DNA of 64,000 nucleotides from Thermoanaerobaculia bacterium (lineage in GTDB: Bacteria > Acidobacteriota > Thermoanaerobaculia > Multivoradales > UBA5704), in assembly GCA_035544895.1 (NCBI GenBank), contig DASZZM010000026.1, positions 35,914 to 99,913 of the forward strand. The letters are read 5' to 3'. Under the pieces are notes generated by a model. That model saw only the letters and a program-made list of their open reading frames with translations. It made no database searches and was not told where the DNA came from. The position numbers and the translations under genes are program-made. Of the stretch, positions 7,074 through 17,753 are shown in pieces; position 1 is the stretch's first letter, and every line of letters starts with the position of its first letter.

Positions 7074-9064
7074 CAAGCGAACGGACGATGAACGCACTGC
7101 TGGGGCAGCCGGGCACCGTATTGCTCCCCGCGTCGGCGGGTGCGGTGAGGCGGCAGGTTCCCGTCGATGAGCTGCTGTCCGCGGCGGCCGCCGAGGGCGC
7201 GGCGGTCTGGCATCTCCACTGCGATTTCGCGGAGGGCGGGCCGTGGGCGGGAGTGCGCGACCTCTTTCGTTCGTTGCTTGACGACATCCGCCGGCAGCGG
7301 CCTGACCTGATCGAGATGCATGACTACGAGCTGCTCTATGTGCTCCCGGAGCTGAGAAGGCAGATGAAGCTGCGCAACCCGTGCCTGACCGACATCGCCA
7401 CGGCGGAGGAGCGGATCCGCAACTATCCCGCTGACCGCGCGTTCCGGATCACGCACGGCCTGATCGATCTCCTGGCCGAGTACAAGCAGACCACGGCGGC
7501 GGGAAGGACCTGGCTGTGGGTCTGCGCCGACTACGACTCTGCCGGCGCCATGGCCAGCCATTTCCTTCAGGAGCTGATGCGCCGGCGAGGCGAAGAATTG
7601 CGGCTTGTGCTGCTGCCGGTGTTCTCGGGACGAGGACCGGACGCTGGTTCCCTCGGCTTCTCCTGCGCCGTGCGCGAGCTGCCGTTTGGAGTTGCCGTTC
7701 CCGTGCGAGAGGCCCTCGACCCTCGCGAGGCCGCCCGCCAGGCCGCGGTCCTCGATCTGGAGATCGATGCCAACGCGCTGGGCCGTACCGCGAAGCTCCC
7801 CGATGTCATTTATCTCTGGAGCCTCGCCGGGCGCAAGGACAAAGTGCTGCGCCGATGCACCCATGCGGTCGAATCCTACAACGTGCTGGGGTTGTATCGG
7901 GACGCCCAGCGCTACGGCGAACGGGCCCAAAGCTTGCTGGAATGCCCCGAGGCGGAGGCCGGAGACAAGGAGCTGCGCTGGTGGGTTGTCTACAAGGTAT
8001 TCCTCTCTTACCTGGGGACGGGGGAGCCTGAGAAGGCGCTGGCGCTGGTGAGCGTGCTCGACCGACCGGATGCGGGTATCGATGATCGGCGGCTGATCGC
8101 GTTTTGCTATCTCATGGCGATGCTCCATGCGCGCTTCCTGCCCGAGCGCGACCTGGCCCGGGGAGAGGAGTACCTGGACCGCGGCCTGCGGCACCTGGAA
8201 AACGCCGGCCTGGCGGCGCCGGACTACTGGTTCCAATATGTATTCAATCGCAACGGCCTCGCCATGATCCGGAGCTTCCAGGGCCGGTTCGAAGAGGCGC
8301 TGGAGCTTTGTGTCACGGGATTCAGGATCCTCGAAGAGCGCCTCAGCAAGGTCCAGCACAACCTGCATCGCTCGGTCCTGCTGTTCAACATGGCGCAGGT
8401 CTACGTTCAGACCGGCCGGCTCGATCTGGCGATCGAGCATCTCTCCGCGGCCATGGAGATGGACCCCAACTACTCGGAATACTTCAACGACCGCGGCAGC
8501 CTCTACCTGAGACTGGGCCGCCTCGACGAGGCCGAGCGCGACTACCGGCAGGGCATCGCGCTCAGCCCGCCCTATCACGAAATCTGGACCAATCTCGGCA
8601 GCTGCCTCCGCCTGCAAGGCCGCTTCGACGAGGCGGTGCTGGCGTTTTCCAGGGCGCTGGACCTCAAGCCGGCGGCGCCCGCAAGCCTCTTCGGCCGCGC
8701 GCAGGCCCGCGAGGCCCTGGGTGCCGCGGCGGATGCCCTGGCCGACTATGCCGCCGTGCTGGAGGCGAATCCGACCCATTGGCAGGCCTGTGCCGCCCGG
8801 GCGGTGCTGCTTTACGAGGGGGGAAGGATCGAGGAGTGCCTGGCAGACCTCGATCGGGCCGTTGCGCTGGCCCCCAGGGAGGCCGATCTCTACATGAACC
8901 GCGCCGTGGCGCTGGCCGACCTCCAGAGACCGGACGACGCGAAGAAAGACCTTGAAAAGTACCTGGATCTCTGCCCCGACGCGCCGGACCACGAGGGCGT
9001 CCAGGCGCGTCTCGCGGCCCTCGACGACATGATGCGGCCCGCGTATACGGCCAGCGCCGGATAG
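7070..9064 (+). CDS. Large TPR-repeat protein. An N-terminal ~400-aa domain of unknown function is followed by about 7 TPR units. Translationally coupled to the upstream gene.
   Basis: The start ATG overlaps the stop of the preceding gene (ATGA). The C-terminal half has clear TPR units (e.g. YFNDRGSLYLRLGRLDEAERDYRQGIALSPPYHEIWTNLGSCLRLQGRFDEAVLAFSRALDLKP). The N-terminal domain has no P-loop or other recognisable motif. Confidence 0.75.
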   Translation: MTSERTMNALLGQPGTVLLPASAGAVRRQVPVDELLSAAAAEGAAVWHLHCDFAEGGPWAGVRDLFRSLLDDIRRQRPDLIEMHDYELLYVLPELRRQMKLRNPCLTDIATAEERIRNYPADRAFRITHGLIDLLAEYKQTTAAGRTWLWVCADYDSAGAMASHFLQELMRRRGEELRLVLLPVFSGRGPDAGSLGFSCAVRELPFGVAVPVREALDPREAARQAAVLDLEIDANALGRTAKLPDVIYLWSLAGRKDKVLRRCTHAVESYNVLGLYRDAQRYGERAQSLLECPEAEAGDKELRWWVVYKVFLSYLGTGEPEKALALVSVLDRPDAGIDDRRLIAFCYLMAMLHARFLPERDLARGEEYLDRGLRHLENAGLAAPDYWFQYVFNRNGLAMIRSFQGRFEEALELCVTGFRILEERLSKVQHNLHRSVLLFNMAQVYVQTGRLDLAIEHLSAAMEMDPNYSEYFNDRGSLYLRLGRLDEAERDYRQGIALSPPYHEIWTNLGSCLRLQGRFDEAVLAFSRALDLKPAAPASLFGRAQAREALGAAADALADYAAVLEANPTHWQACAARAVLLYEGGRIEECLADLDRAVALAPREADLYMNRAVALADLQRPDDAKKDLEKYLDLCPDAPDHEGVQARLAALDDMMRPAYTASAG

Positions 9065-9079
9065 GCCAAGGAGAACAAA

Positions 9080-10003
9080 ATGCGCAAGTCACTTCAGCTC
9101 ATCGTCCCGTTCGCCCTGCTGACCAGCCTGCCGCTCCAAGGCCAGAAGCCGGACCTCCCGCGTCTGGAGGGCCACTGGGAGGGGGTGGCCGTGTCGGTCC
9201 CCGGCGAGATGGAGGCTGACGTCGAGATCGATATCGCCCGCACCGGCGAGAAGCTCCAAGGGCGCTTCGATTTTACGACCCAAGGGAAGACCTACGAGAT
9301 CCAGGACCTGCTGCTGCGCGACCATGCCGTCTCCTTCGCGGTGGTGGACGAGCAGAAGGTCACCGACTTTTTCAACGGCACCATCTCCCCGGACAGTTCC
9401 GAGATCACGGGCAAGATGACAGAGAACCTGCAGAGCTTCCCCTTCACCCTGCACCGCCGGGAGCCGACGCCGGACCGGGCGGACTTCCTCCCCCCGGTGC
9501 TGCGAGTCGCCGACGATGGCGCGGAGCTCCGCCAGGCCTTCAACGGCGACCAGGGGCACGTACGCCTCCTGATGACACTTTCGCCGACCTCTCCCTACAG
9601 CAAAATGCTCCTGCGTATCGTCCAGAGATACGTTTTGGATCCGATCGCAAGCTCGGACCTCAGGGTCTACGTCGTCTGGGAGCCGGTCGCCCGCGCTGAC
9701 TCAGAGCAAATATCCTACGCAGCCTCGCATCTCGTTTCCGACCCCCGCCTCCGCCAGTTCTGGTCCGCGTCCCGCTTCACCGGTCATGCCTTTGCACACC
9801 TTGCCGGCCATGACGGCAAACCCCTCGCGAATTCCTTTCTGGTCTTCGACCGCGACAAGAAGTGGACCGACCAGCCGCCAACTCCGGATCACACCCGCCT
9901 CCCGCTCCAAAACGGCGTGAACCCGCCCGCCGACCAGCGACTGAACGGCGCGAAGCTCGCAGACGACCTCAACGCCCGCCTGCTCCCCAAGCCCGGCCGC
10001 TGA
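9080..10003 (+). CDS. Secreted hypothetical protein.
   Basis: RBS AAGGAG. Signal peptide MRKSLQLIVPFALLTSLPLQGQ. 307 aa with no family recognised. Confidence 0.6.
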   Translation: MRKSLQLIVPFALLTSLPLQGQKPDLPRLEGHWEGVAVSVPGEMEADVEIDIARTGEKLQGRFDFTTQGKTYEIQDLLLRDHAVSFAVVDEQKVTDFFNGTISPDSSEITGKMTENLQSFPFTLHRREPTPDRADFLPPVLRVADDGAELRQAFNGDQGHVRLLMTLSPTSPYSKMLLRIVQRYVLDPIASSDLRVYVVWEPVARADSEQISYAASHLVSDPRLRQFWSASRFTGHAFAHLAGHDGKPLANSFLVFDRDKKWTDQPPTPDHTRLPLQNGVNPPADQRLNGAKLADDLNARLLPKPGR

Positions 10004-10526
10004 AGCCGCACGCCTATCCTCCCCGCGGCGCGGCGAGCCCGACGACGGCAGGCGCCGCCGCCGTCAGCAATCGACCCTGCTTCCCCCAAGGCGCGATCGG
10101 TTGTCGGGGACTGCGGCTTGGACACCCTCGTACGCTACCAGCCGTCGAACCGCGGCCAGGAGGCGAGGACATCGTCGCCTCCGCTCAGCACTTGATATGT
10201 CGCGTGCTGGGCGGCCGTTATGGAGGCGCGCTTTCTGCCACTCCGCGTACGTAAAGCGCAGTGGCCTATCACGGGCTGCTTCACCTGCTCGGCGACGACG
10301 CCGCCGAGTTCATGGCCATCTTCACGCACGGGAAGCTGGAATCGCTCGACTCGATCGTTGAGGAGGTCTCCGACGCATGCCGCTGTCTGGGGCGAGGGAT
10401 GCTCTGGACGCGGGATGCCTGGTAATTCCCATCCGATGTACGGGTGACCGCTTCGCCGTCTGGCAGTACGGCGAGGCGGTCGCCTCTCTCTTCCTTCAGC
10501 TGCGTATTCCGGGGGAAGCCGGCCAG

Positions 10527-10625
10527 GGATTCCGACGTGAAGGCGGCCACCATTCCGGAGTGAAGGCGGCCACCATTCCGGAGTGAAGGCGGCCACCGTT
10601 TCCGACGCGAAGGCGGCCACTTTTT
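10527..10625. repeat. Array of ~4.5 tandem copies of a 23-bp unit (TGAAGGCGGCCACCATTCCGGAG), followed at 10636-10671 by two copies of a partially inverted motif (GGAAGGGTGGCCG).
   Basis: Direct reading: two identical copies at 10538-10560 and 10561-10583, then degenerating copies at 10584-10606 and 10607-10625. The array lies in the ~740-bp gap between the secreted-protein gene and the DUF3631 gene. There are no spacer-like unique segments, so it is not CRISPR. Confidence 0.7.
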
Positions 10626-10745
10626 GATGGTCGTCGGAAGGGTGGCCGGCATCGATCGGAAGGGTGGCCGCTTTCCGGTCGGAACGAATGACGAGTTGGG
10701 CTCCGACGCTGTGGCATCCTCGTCCTTCACGACGAAGGGAGGGCA

Positions 10746-11786
10746 ATGCCGGCACGGAGACTCAGCATGAGGAGAGTTCAGGAGGTGTTGCGGTTGCTTC
10801 TGGTTTGCGGTTTGAGCCAGCGGCAAGCCACGTCTTCGTCTACTGCGGTAACAACTTCGGCTGCAAGTTCAATCCTTGGGACGGAGCGATTGACTTCAAC
10901 GTCACCGTGGGAGCGGCGCGGCCGTGAGATCCTCGAAGAGCTGGAGACGGCCGCCGGCGCGCTGCCGGTGCGGGAAGGATCGAACGAGCAGGCATTAGGC
11001 GCCACAGAAGCAGGCTCATCAGGGCGCACCGTCGCCGACTCGCCCGCGGACCCCGTGGAAGCCACGCTGTCGGCCCTTGGTGCCGCTGCCGACGCCAGGG
11101 CAGCCGAGCCCCACCTTCGCCAGCTCGGGAAGGCCCTGCGGGTCTCAGACGCTCTCCAGCGGGCAACGGTGCGTGAACGTGCGATCTTGGCTCTTGGCGA
11201 CAAGGTGAACGCTCCGGCGCACCTGGTGGACGCGGCTCTCACTCCATGCCGGCCGGCGTCACCAGGACAGGGCCAAGCGGTAGGCTTCGAGGACCCGGAG
11301 CCATGGCCTGATCCTGTGGACGGCGCAGCACTTCTTCTGGACCTGGCCGCCGTGCTCAAGCGCTACGTGGCGCTTCCAGCTCATGCCGACGTTGCAGCCG
11401 CCTTGTGGAGCATCCACGCCCACGCGCTCGCCGCCGCCGACACCTCGCCCATCCTGTCGTTGATCTCACCCGAGAAGCGATGCGGAAAGACACGGACCCT
11501 GTTGGTGCTCAGCCGCCTGGTCCCGCGGCCTCTCTCAACCTCCAACATCACCCCCGCCGCTGTCTTCCGTTCCATCGAGGTTTTCTCACCGACGTTGCTG
11601 ATCGATGAGGCGGAGACCTTTCTAGGCGAGCGCGAGGAGCTACGCGGCGTGCTCAACAGCGGCCACAGCCGGGATGCAGCATTTGTCGTGCGGACGACGG
11701 GGGATGACCATGAGCCCCGCCGCTTCTCGACTTGGGCGGCGCCCTGCTTACCCGTGAGCGACCAGCGAGAGCGACACGGAGGCTAA
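10746..11786 (+). CDS. DUF3631-family protein, associated with mobile elements and primases. Apparently C-terminally truncated at the island boundary, with an IS21-IstA-like first 20 residues.
   Basis: The core ...SPILSLISPEKRCGKTRTLLVLSRLVPRPLSTSNITPAAVFRSIEVFSPTLLIDEAETFLGEREELRGVLNSGHSRDAAFVVRTTGDD matches the conserved DUF3631 block. The N-terminus MRRVQEVLRLLLVCGLSQRQ resembles IS21 transposase N-termini. The ORF stops at 11786, 15 bp before the tRNA-derived repeat. Confidence 0.55.
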   Translation: MPARRLSMRRVQEVLRLLLVCGLSQRQATSSSTAVTTSAASSILGTERLTSTSPWERRGREILEELETAAGALPVREGSNEQALGATEAGSSGRTVADSPADPVEATLSALGAAADARAAEPHLRQLGKALRVSDALQRATVRERAILALGDKVNAPAHLVDAALTPCRPASPGQGQAVGFEDPEPWPDPVDGAALLLDLAAVLKRYVALPAHADVAAALWSIHAHALAAADTSPILSLISPEKRCGKTRTLLVLSRLVPRPLSTSNITPAAVFRSIEVFSPTLLIDEAETFLGEREELRGVLNSGHSRDAAFVVRTTGDDHEPRRFSTWAAPCLPVSDQRERHGG

Positions 11787-11801
11787 AGCATTGAATCTAA
11801 T

Positions 11802-11848
11802 GGTGCAGATGGGAGGACTCGAACCCCCGACCAAGAGTTTAGGAAACA
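11802..11848. repeat. Right copy of the 47-bp tRNA-3'-half direct repeat (att-like).
   Basis: tggtgcagatGGGAGGACTCGAAcCCcCGACCAAGAGTTTAgGAAAC. The reverse complement has a canonical T-arm (GGGGG-TTCGAGT-CCTCC), an acceptor 3' strand and CCA. No complementary 5' acceptor strand lies upstream, so this is a 3' fragment only. Its anticodon-loop position reads CCT. Confidence 0.6.
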
Positions 11849-11889
11849 GCAGATTGGCGGCACCGCCTTCGACGAGGCGACTGTGCGCC

Positions 11890-13533
11890 TCACGACCCCT
11901 CCCAGTCCGCCGCCAGGCGCGCGAAGAGGACGGCGAAGATCTCGATGCCGTCCCACAGGTTTTGCAGCCGCAGGTTCTCGTCGGCGGCGTGCTGATTGTT
12001 GTCGTGGTTGACCGTGGGCAGGATGATCACGGGCGAGCCGAGGAGGCCGCTGAACAGGTACATCGGGATGCTGCCGCCGAGGCTCGGAATCCTGAGCACC
12101 GGTCCTCCCACTCCCTCCTCCACCGCCCGCACCACGGCGCGCGAGACCGGCAGGTCCATCGAGGTGCGCGCCGCGGGATAGCCGTCCCCCCACTCCAGGC
12201 GCACGATCCGCGGGTGGGCGCGCCGGGTCTCGGCGCCGGGCTCCCGGTCGGCGATCCAGAAGCCGCTGGCCCGCAGGTGCTCCTCGAAGAGCCGGCGCAC
12301 CTTCTCCGGCGTCTGGTCGGGCACCAGGCGGAAGTCGAGCGAGGCCGTGGCTTCGCTCGGGATGGCGTTGCGCGCCTGGGCGCCCACCTGGGCCGCGCGC
12401 AGGCCACGCAGGTTGAGCGCCGGGCGCAGGAGGAGCTCCTGCAGGCGCTCTCCGCCCCCTTCCGTCCACGCCAGCTGCAGCTCCCGCCGCAGGTCCTCCT
12501 CGACCGGCGGCAGCGCCGCGCTCGCCTGCCGCTCGCTGGCGCTCGGCGGCCGCACGTCGTCGTAGAAGCCGGCGATGCGGATCTCGCCGTCGGGGCCGCG
12601 CAGGCCGGCCAGGAGCTGCACGAGGAGCGCCGCCGGGTTGGGCGCCCAGTTGCCGTAGTGGCCGCTGTGCAGGGCGCGCACCGGACCGTAGACCGTCAAG
12701 TCGACCCCGGTGACGCCGCGCGCGCCGAAGCAGACCTGCATGCGCCGGCTCTGGTGGACCGGACCGTCGGCGAGGACCCAGGCATCCGCGGCGAGCAGGC
12801 CGCGGTGCCGGCGCAGGATGGCTTCGAGGTGGGGCGAGCCCGCCTCCTCCTCGCCTTCGAAGAAGAACTTGAGATTGACCGACGGCGGCACCCGCGAGGC
12901 GCGCAGCGCGTCGAGGGCGGCGAGCATCGCTACGATCGGTCCCTTGTCGTCGCTCGCCGCGCGGCCATAGAGGCGCCACTCGGCGGGGATCGGAGATGGG
13001 GCGCTCGCGAGCTCCACCTCCCGGCCCCCGGCCGCGGGCGCCGCCGTGCGCAGCACCGGCCGCCAGGGGTCGCTCTTCCACTCCGCGGGGTCGGCCGGCT
13101 GCCCGTCGAAGTGGGCGTAGACCATGAGAGTGCGCCGCGCGCCCCCTGCGGACGTTGCGGGCAGCTCGCCGTAGACCGCGGGCGGCGCGTCGCCGGCGGT
13201 AAGCAGGCGCGCGGCGATGCCGCGGCGGCGCAGCATCCCGGCCAGCTCCTCGGCGTTGCGCGCGATGTCCGCCCGGTCGGCAGCCACGTTGCGCAAAGCG
13301 ACAAAGCGCGCCAGCTCGCCGACGATCTCCCGTTCGTGGGCGAGCCTGTAGGCGCGCACACCCGCGCGCAGCGCTGCCGGCTCCGGCGGTTCCGGCGGTT
13401 CCGGCGGTACCGGCGGTACCGGCGGTACCGGAGCCAGGGCGGCCGGTCCGCTCGCTCGCCCCGAGGACGCCAGCGCCAGCAGCAGCGGGACCGCCAGGCT
13501 GACGGAAAACAGCCGTCTCATCGGCGCGCTCAT
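11890..13533 (-). CDS. Secreted M20-family metallopeptidase (dipeptidase or carboxypeptidase-like).
   Basis: Signal peptide MSAPMRRLFSVSLAVPLLLALASSG. A Pro-rich linker is followed by M20 signatures (YAHFDGQP, GRAASDDKGPIVAML, FFFEGEEEAGSP, TVNHDNNQHAADENL). The 879-aa ORF shown in the track is an over-extension of this gene. Confidence 0.8.
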   Translation of the reverse strand: MSAPMRRLFSVSLAVPLLLALASSGRASGPAALAPVPPVPPVPPEPPEPPEPAALRAGVRAYRLAHEREIVGELARFVALRNVAADRADIARNAEELAGMLRRRGIAARLLTAGDAPPAVYGELPATSAGGARRTLMVYAHFDGQPADPAEWKSDPWRPVLRTAAPAAGGREVELASAPSPIPAEWRLYGRAASDDKGPIVAMLAALDALRASRVPPSVNLKFFFEGEEEAGSPHLEAILRRHRGLLAADAWVLADGPVHQSRRMQVCFGARGVTGVDLTVYGPVRALHSGHYGNWAPNPAALLVQLLAGLRGPDGEIRIAGFYDDVRPPSASERQASAALPPVEEDLRRELQLAWTEGGGERLQELLLRPALNLRGLRAAQVGAQARNAIPSEATASLDFRLVPDQTPEKVRRLFEEHLRASGFWIADREPGAETRRAHPRIVRLEWGDGYPAARTSMDLPVSRAVVRAVEEGVGGPVLRIPSLGGSIPMYLFSGLLGSPVIILPTVNHDNNQHAADENLRLQNLWDGIEIFAVLFARLAADWEGS

Positions 13534-13590
13534 GGCGGCCCATCGTAGCTCAGCGCGGCCGAAGCTCCTCCTCGGGGATATGATCCCCTC

Positions 13591-14412
13591 ATGGCCGATC
13601 TCAGAGGCAAGACCCTGTTCATCACCGGCGCCAGCCGCGGCATCGGCAAGGCGATCGCCCTGCGCGCCGCCGCCGACGGCGCCAACGTGGTCATCGCGGC
13701 CAAGACGACCGAGCCGCACCCCAAGCTGCCGGGCACCATCTATACCGCCGCGGCCGAAGTCGAGGCGGCCGGCGGCAAGGCCCTGCCCATCGCGCTCGAC
13801 ATCCGCGACGAGGAGCGGGTGGCGGCCGCGGTCGCCGAGGCCGCCGCCGCCTTCGGCGGCATCGACATCCTGGTCAACAACGCCAGCGCCATCAACCTGA
13901 CCGCCACCCTCGAGACGCCGATGAAGCGCTTCGACCTGATGTGGTCGGTCAACGCCCGCGGCACCTTCGCCTGCAGCCAGGCCTGCTTGCCCCACCTGCG
14001 CAAGGCTGCCAACCCGCACATCCTGACCCTCTCGCCGCCGCTCAATCTGTGCTCGAAGTGGCTGCCGCGCTTCGTCGCCTACAGCATCTCCAAGTACGGC
14101 ATGAGCCTGTGCGTTCTCGGCATGGCCGAGGAGTTCCGCGCCGACGGCATCGCGATCAACGCGCTGTGGCCGCAGACCGTCATCGCCACCGCCGCCATCG
14201 CCATGCTCGGCGGCCTCGTCGCGCCGGAGAACTGCCGCAAGCCGGAGGTCGTCTCCGACGCCGCCTGGCACATCCTGACCCGCGACAGCCGCGCCACGAC
14301 CGGCAACTTCTTCATCGCCGAGGAGGTCCTCGCCGCGGCGGGCGTGACCGATCTCGATCGCTACGACGTCCAGCCTGGCGCCCACCTGATCAGCGACCTG
14401 TTCGTCGAATAG
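13591..14412 (+). CDS. SDR-family oxidoreductase (HSDL2-like).
   Basis: TGASRGIG Rossmann motif and the YxxxK active site (YSISKYG). Confidence 0.85.
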   Translation: MADLRGKTLFITGASRGIGKAIALRAAADGANVVIAAKTTEPHPKLPGTIYTAAAEVEAAGGKALPIALDIRDEERVAAAVAEAAAAFGGIDILVNNASAINLTATLETPMKRFDLMWSVNARGTFACSQACLPHLRKAANPHILTLSPPLNLCSKWLPRFVAYSISKYGMSLCVLGMAEEFRADGIAINALWPQTVIATAAIAMLGGLVAPENCRKPEVVSDAAWHILTRDSRATTGNFFIAEEVLAAAGVTDLDRYDVQPGAHLISDLFVE

Positions 14413-14629
14413 AAAGGTTTTCAGGCACGTTTTCAGACCTGCCCGCACCGCCATTTCGGCTCTCGCGGCGAGCGCTCGCGAGGGATTCGAGGAATGCCAT
14501 GCTGGCGCTCCCGCATGCCAGAAAATCACGCGCAGGAAAGCCGGCGCCCATGGGTTTCCTGGTCAACCGGCGGTCAGTGACGACCGCCGGAAAACCGATC
14601 GACAAACAGATCCGTCGAAAGGAGACAGC

Positions 14630-14920
14630 ATGAAGCGCAACATCGCCATGATGCTCATGATCCTGTTCCTGGCCACGCTGCCGCTCTCCGTTGCCACCGC
14701 CGCGCCGGCAGGCAAGGGCAAGCCCGCCGCGGCCCGGGCAGAGCACCCGCGCGTCGTCCGCGCCATCCACGCCATCGAGGGCGCCATCGACGAGCTGCAG
14801 AAGGCCCCGGACGACTTCGGCGGCCACAAGGACGAGGCCATCGAGGCCTGCCGCAACGCCATCGCCCAGCTCAAGAAGGGCCTCCAGTACCAGGACCGCC
14901 ACGAGAAGACCGGCCCGTAA
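14630..14920 (+). CDS. Small secreted hypothetical protein (96 aa).
   Basis: RBS AAAGGAGACAGC. Signal peptide MKRNIAMMLMILFLATLPLSVATAAPA. Confidence 0.55.
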   Translation: MKRNIAMMLMILFLATLPLSVATAAPAGKGKPAAARAEHPRVVRAIHAIEGAIDELQKAPDDFGGHKDEAIEACRNAIAQLKKGLQYQDRHEKTGP

Positions 14921-15260
14921 TAGGACCCCCTTCGCAGTAGTTGGCGCCGCCGGTGGGCTTCCTCGCGGTAGAAGCGGCGCTGCGATGCGGCCGCGGTGGA
15001 CTACTCAAAGCATCTATTGGATCTCCCCCCGCAACCCCTCGATCCCCTTCCCTCCCCTCCGGGGGGGAAGGGGACGCCCCCGCCCCTGACGCACGCACGA
15101 GCTCGCCGGGTCGCGGCCTTTACCTCGGAATGGGCGTGCGGCGCGGCTCTGTTATAGGGTGAGACGCGGGGGCTGTCGCTGCTATACTGCACGAACGCAG
15201 CATGGCCGCCGCGGGCTCCCGCCGTAACCGTCGATCCAGCCAGGAGGGAAGTCACCCTGC

Positions 15261-16210
15261 ATGTCCAATAGCGATAAGAGCCCCTACCACCGGGTCATCA
15301 TCCTGGGCTCGGGGCCGGCTGGCCTGACCGCCGCGCTGTACGCCGCCCGCGCCGATCTGGCGCCGCTGGTGCTCGAAGGCAACCACCCGGGCGGCCAGCT
15401 CACCATCACCACCGACGTCGAGAACTTCCCCGGCTTCCCCGAAGGCATCCTGGGGCCCGAGCTGGTGGACCGCATGCGCGAGCAGGCGCGGCGTTTCGGC
15501 GCCACCGTCAAGTTCGAGGCGGCGACCGCCGTCGACCTCGACAGGCGCCCCTTCACCGTCACCACCGACGAGGCCGCCTATCGTTGCGACGCGCTGATCA
15601 TCGCCACCGGCGCCACAGCCAAGCTGTCCGGCCTCCCCGCCGAAAAGGAGCTCATGGGCTACGGCGTCTCCGCCTGCGCCACCTGCGACGGCTTCTTCTT
15701 CCGCGGCAAGGAGGTCGTGGTCATCGGCGGCGGCGACTCGGCCATGGAAGAGGCCAACTACCTGACCAAATTCGCCCCCAAGGTAACGGTCGTCCACCGC
15801 CGCGAGAAGCTGCGCGCCTCCAAGATCATGCAGGACCGCGCCTTCGCCAATCCCAAGATCGCCTGGATCTGGAACACCGTGGTCAAGAACATCTTCGGCA
15901 CCCGGGAGGGCGGGGTCACCGGCGTCGAGCTGCACAACAAGAAGACCGGCCTCGACAGCACCTATGCCACCCAGGGGGTGTTCTACGCCATCGGCCACGA
16001 GCCCAACACCGCGCTGTTTCGCGGCAAGCTGGAGATGAACGACGTGGGCTACCTCAAGGTGGCCGAGCCGACGAGCAAGACCAACGTGCCGGGAGTCTTT
16101 GCCTCCGGCGATGCTATGGATCCCATCTACCGCCAGGCGGTCACCGCCGCCGGCACCGGCTGCCGCGCCGCCATCGACGCCGAGCACTGGTTGCGGGAGC
16201 TTCAAGACTG

Positions 16211-16211
<1 letters not shown>
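15261..16211 (+). CDS. trxB: Thioredoxin-disulfide reductase.
   Basis: GSGPAG FAD motif and the CATCDG redox-active disulfide. Length 316 aa. Confidence 0.9.
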
Positions 16212-17722
<1,511 letters not shown>

Positions 17723-17753
17723 CGCCACGAGCGGCCACCGGCCGGCCACCGCC

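Noticed and set aside
10527-10625. Possible CRISPR array.
   Set aside because: The repeats are contiguous with no unique spacers, they degenerate over 4-5 copies, and no cas genes are present.
10746-10810. An IS21-family transposase gene.
   Set aside because: Only about 20 N-terminal residues resemble IstA. The rest of the ORF is DUF3631, and no DDE domain or IstB is present.
10135-10826. ORFs of 206 aa and 181 aa on the minus strand across the 23-bp repeat array.
   Set aside because: Their translations are repetitive (RLHSGMVAAFTPEWWPPS repeated) because they read through the tandem DNA repeats. They were treated as non-coding.
11802-11880. A complete second tRNA gene at the right island boundary.
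   Set aside because: Only the 3' half (anticodon loop to CCA) is present. The upstream sequence cannot pair with the acceptor 3' strand.
14503-14518. A sigma-54 promoter (TGGCGC-n5-GCATGC) upstream of the small secreted-protein gene.
   Set aside because: The GG-n10-GC spacing fits, but the match to the TGGCACG-n4-TTGCA consensus is weak, and no enhancer-binding-protein gene is nearby.
15040-15095. A C/G-rich inverted repeat (cccttccc...gggaagggg) after the small secreted-protein gene, as a possible terminator.
   Set aside because: The stem is imperfect, there is no U-tract, and it lies more than 100 bp past the stop codon. Too weak to call.
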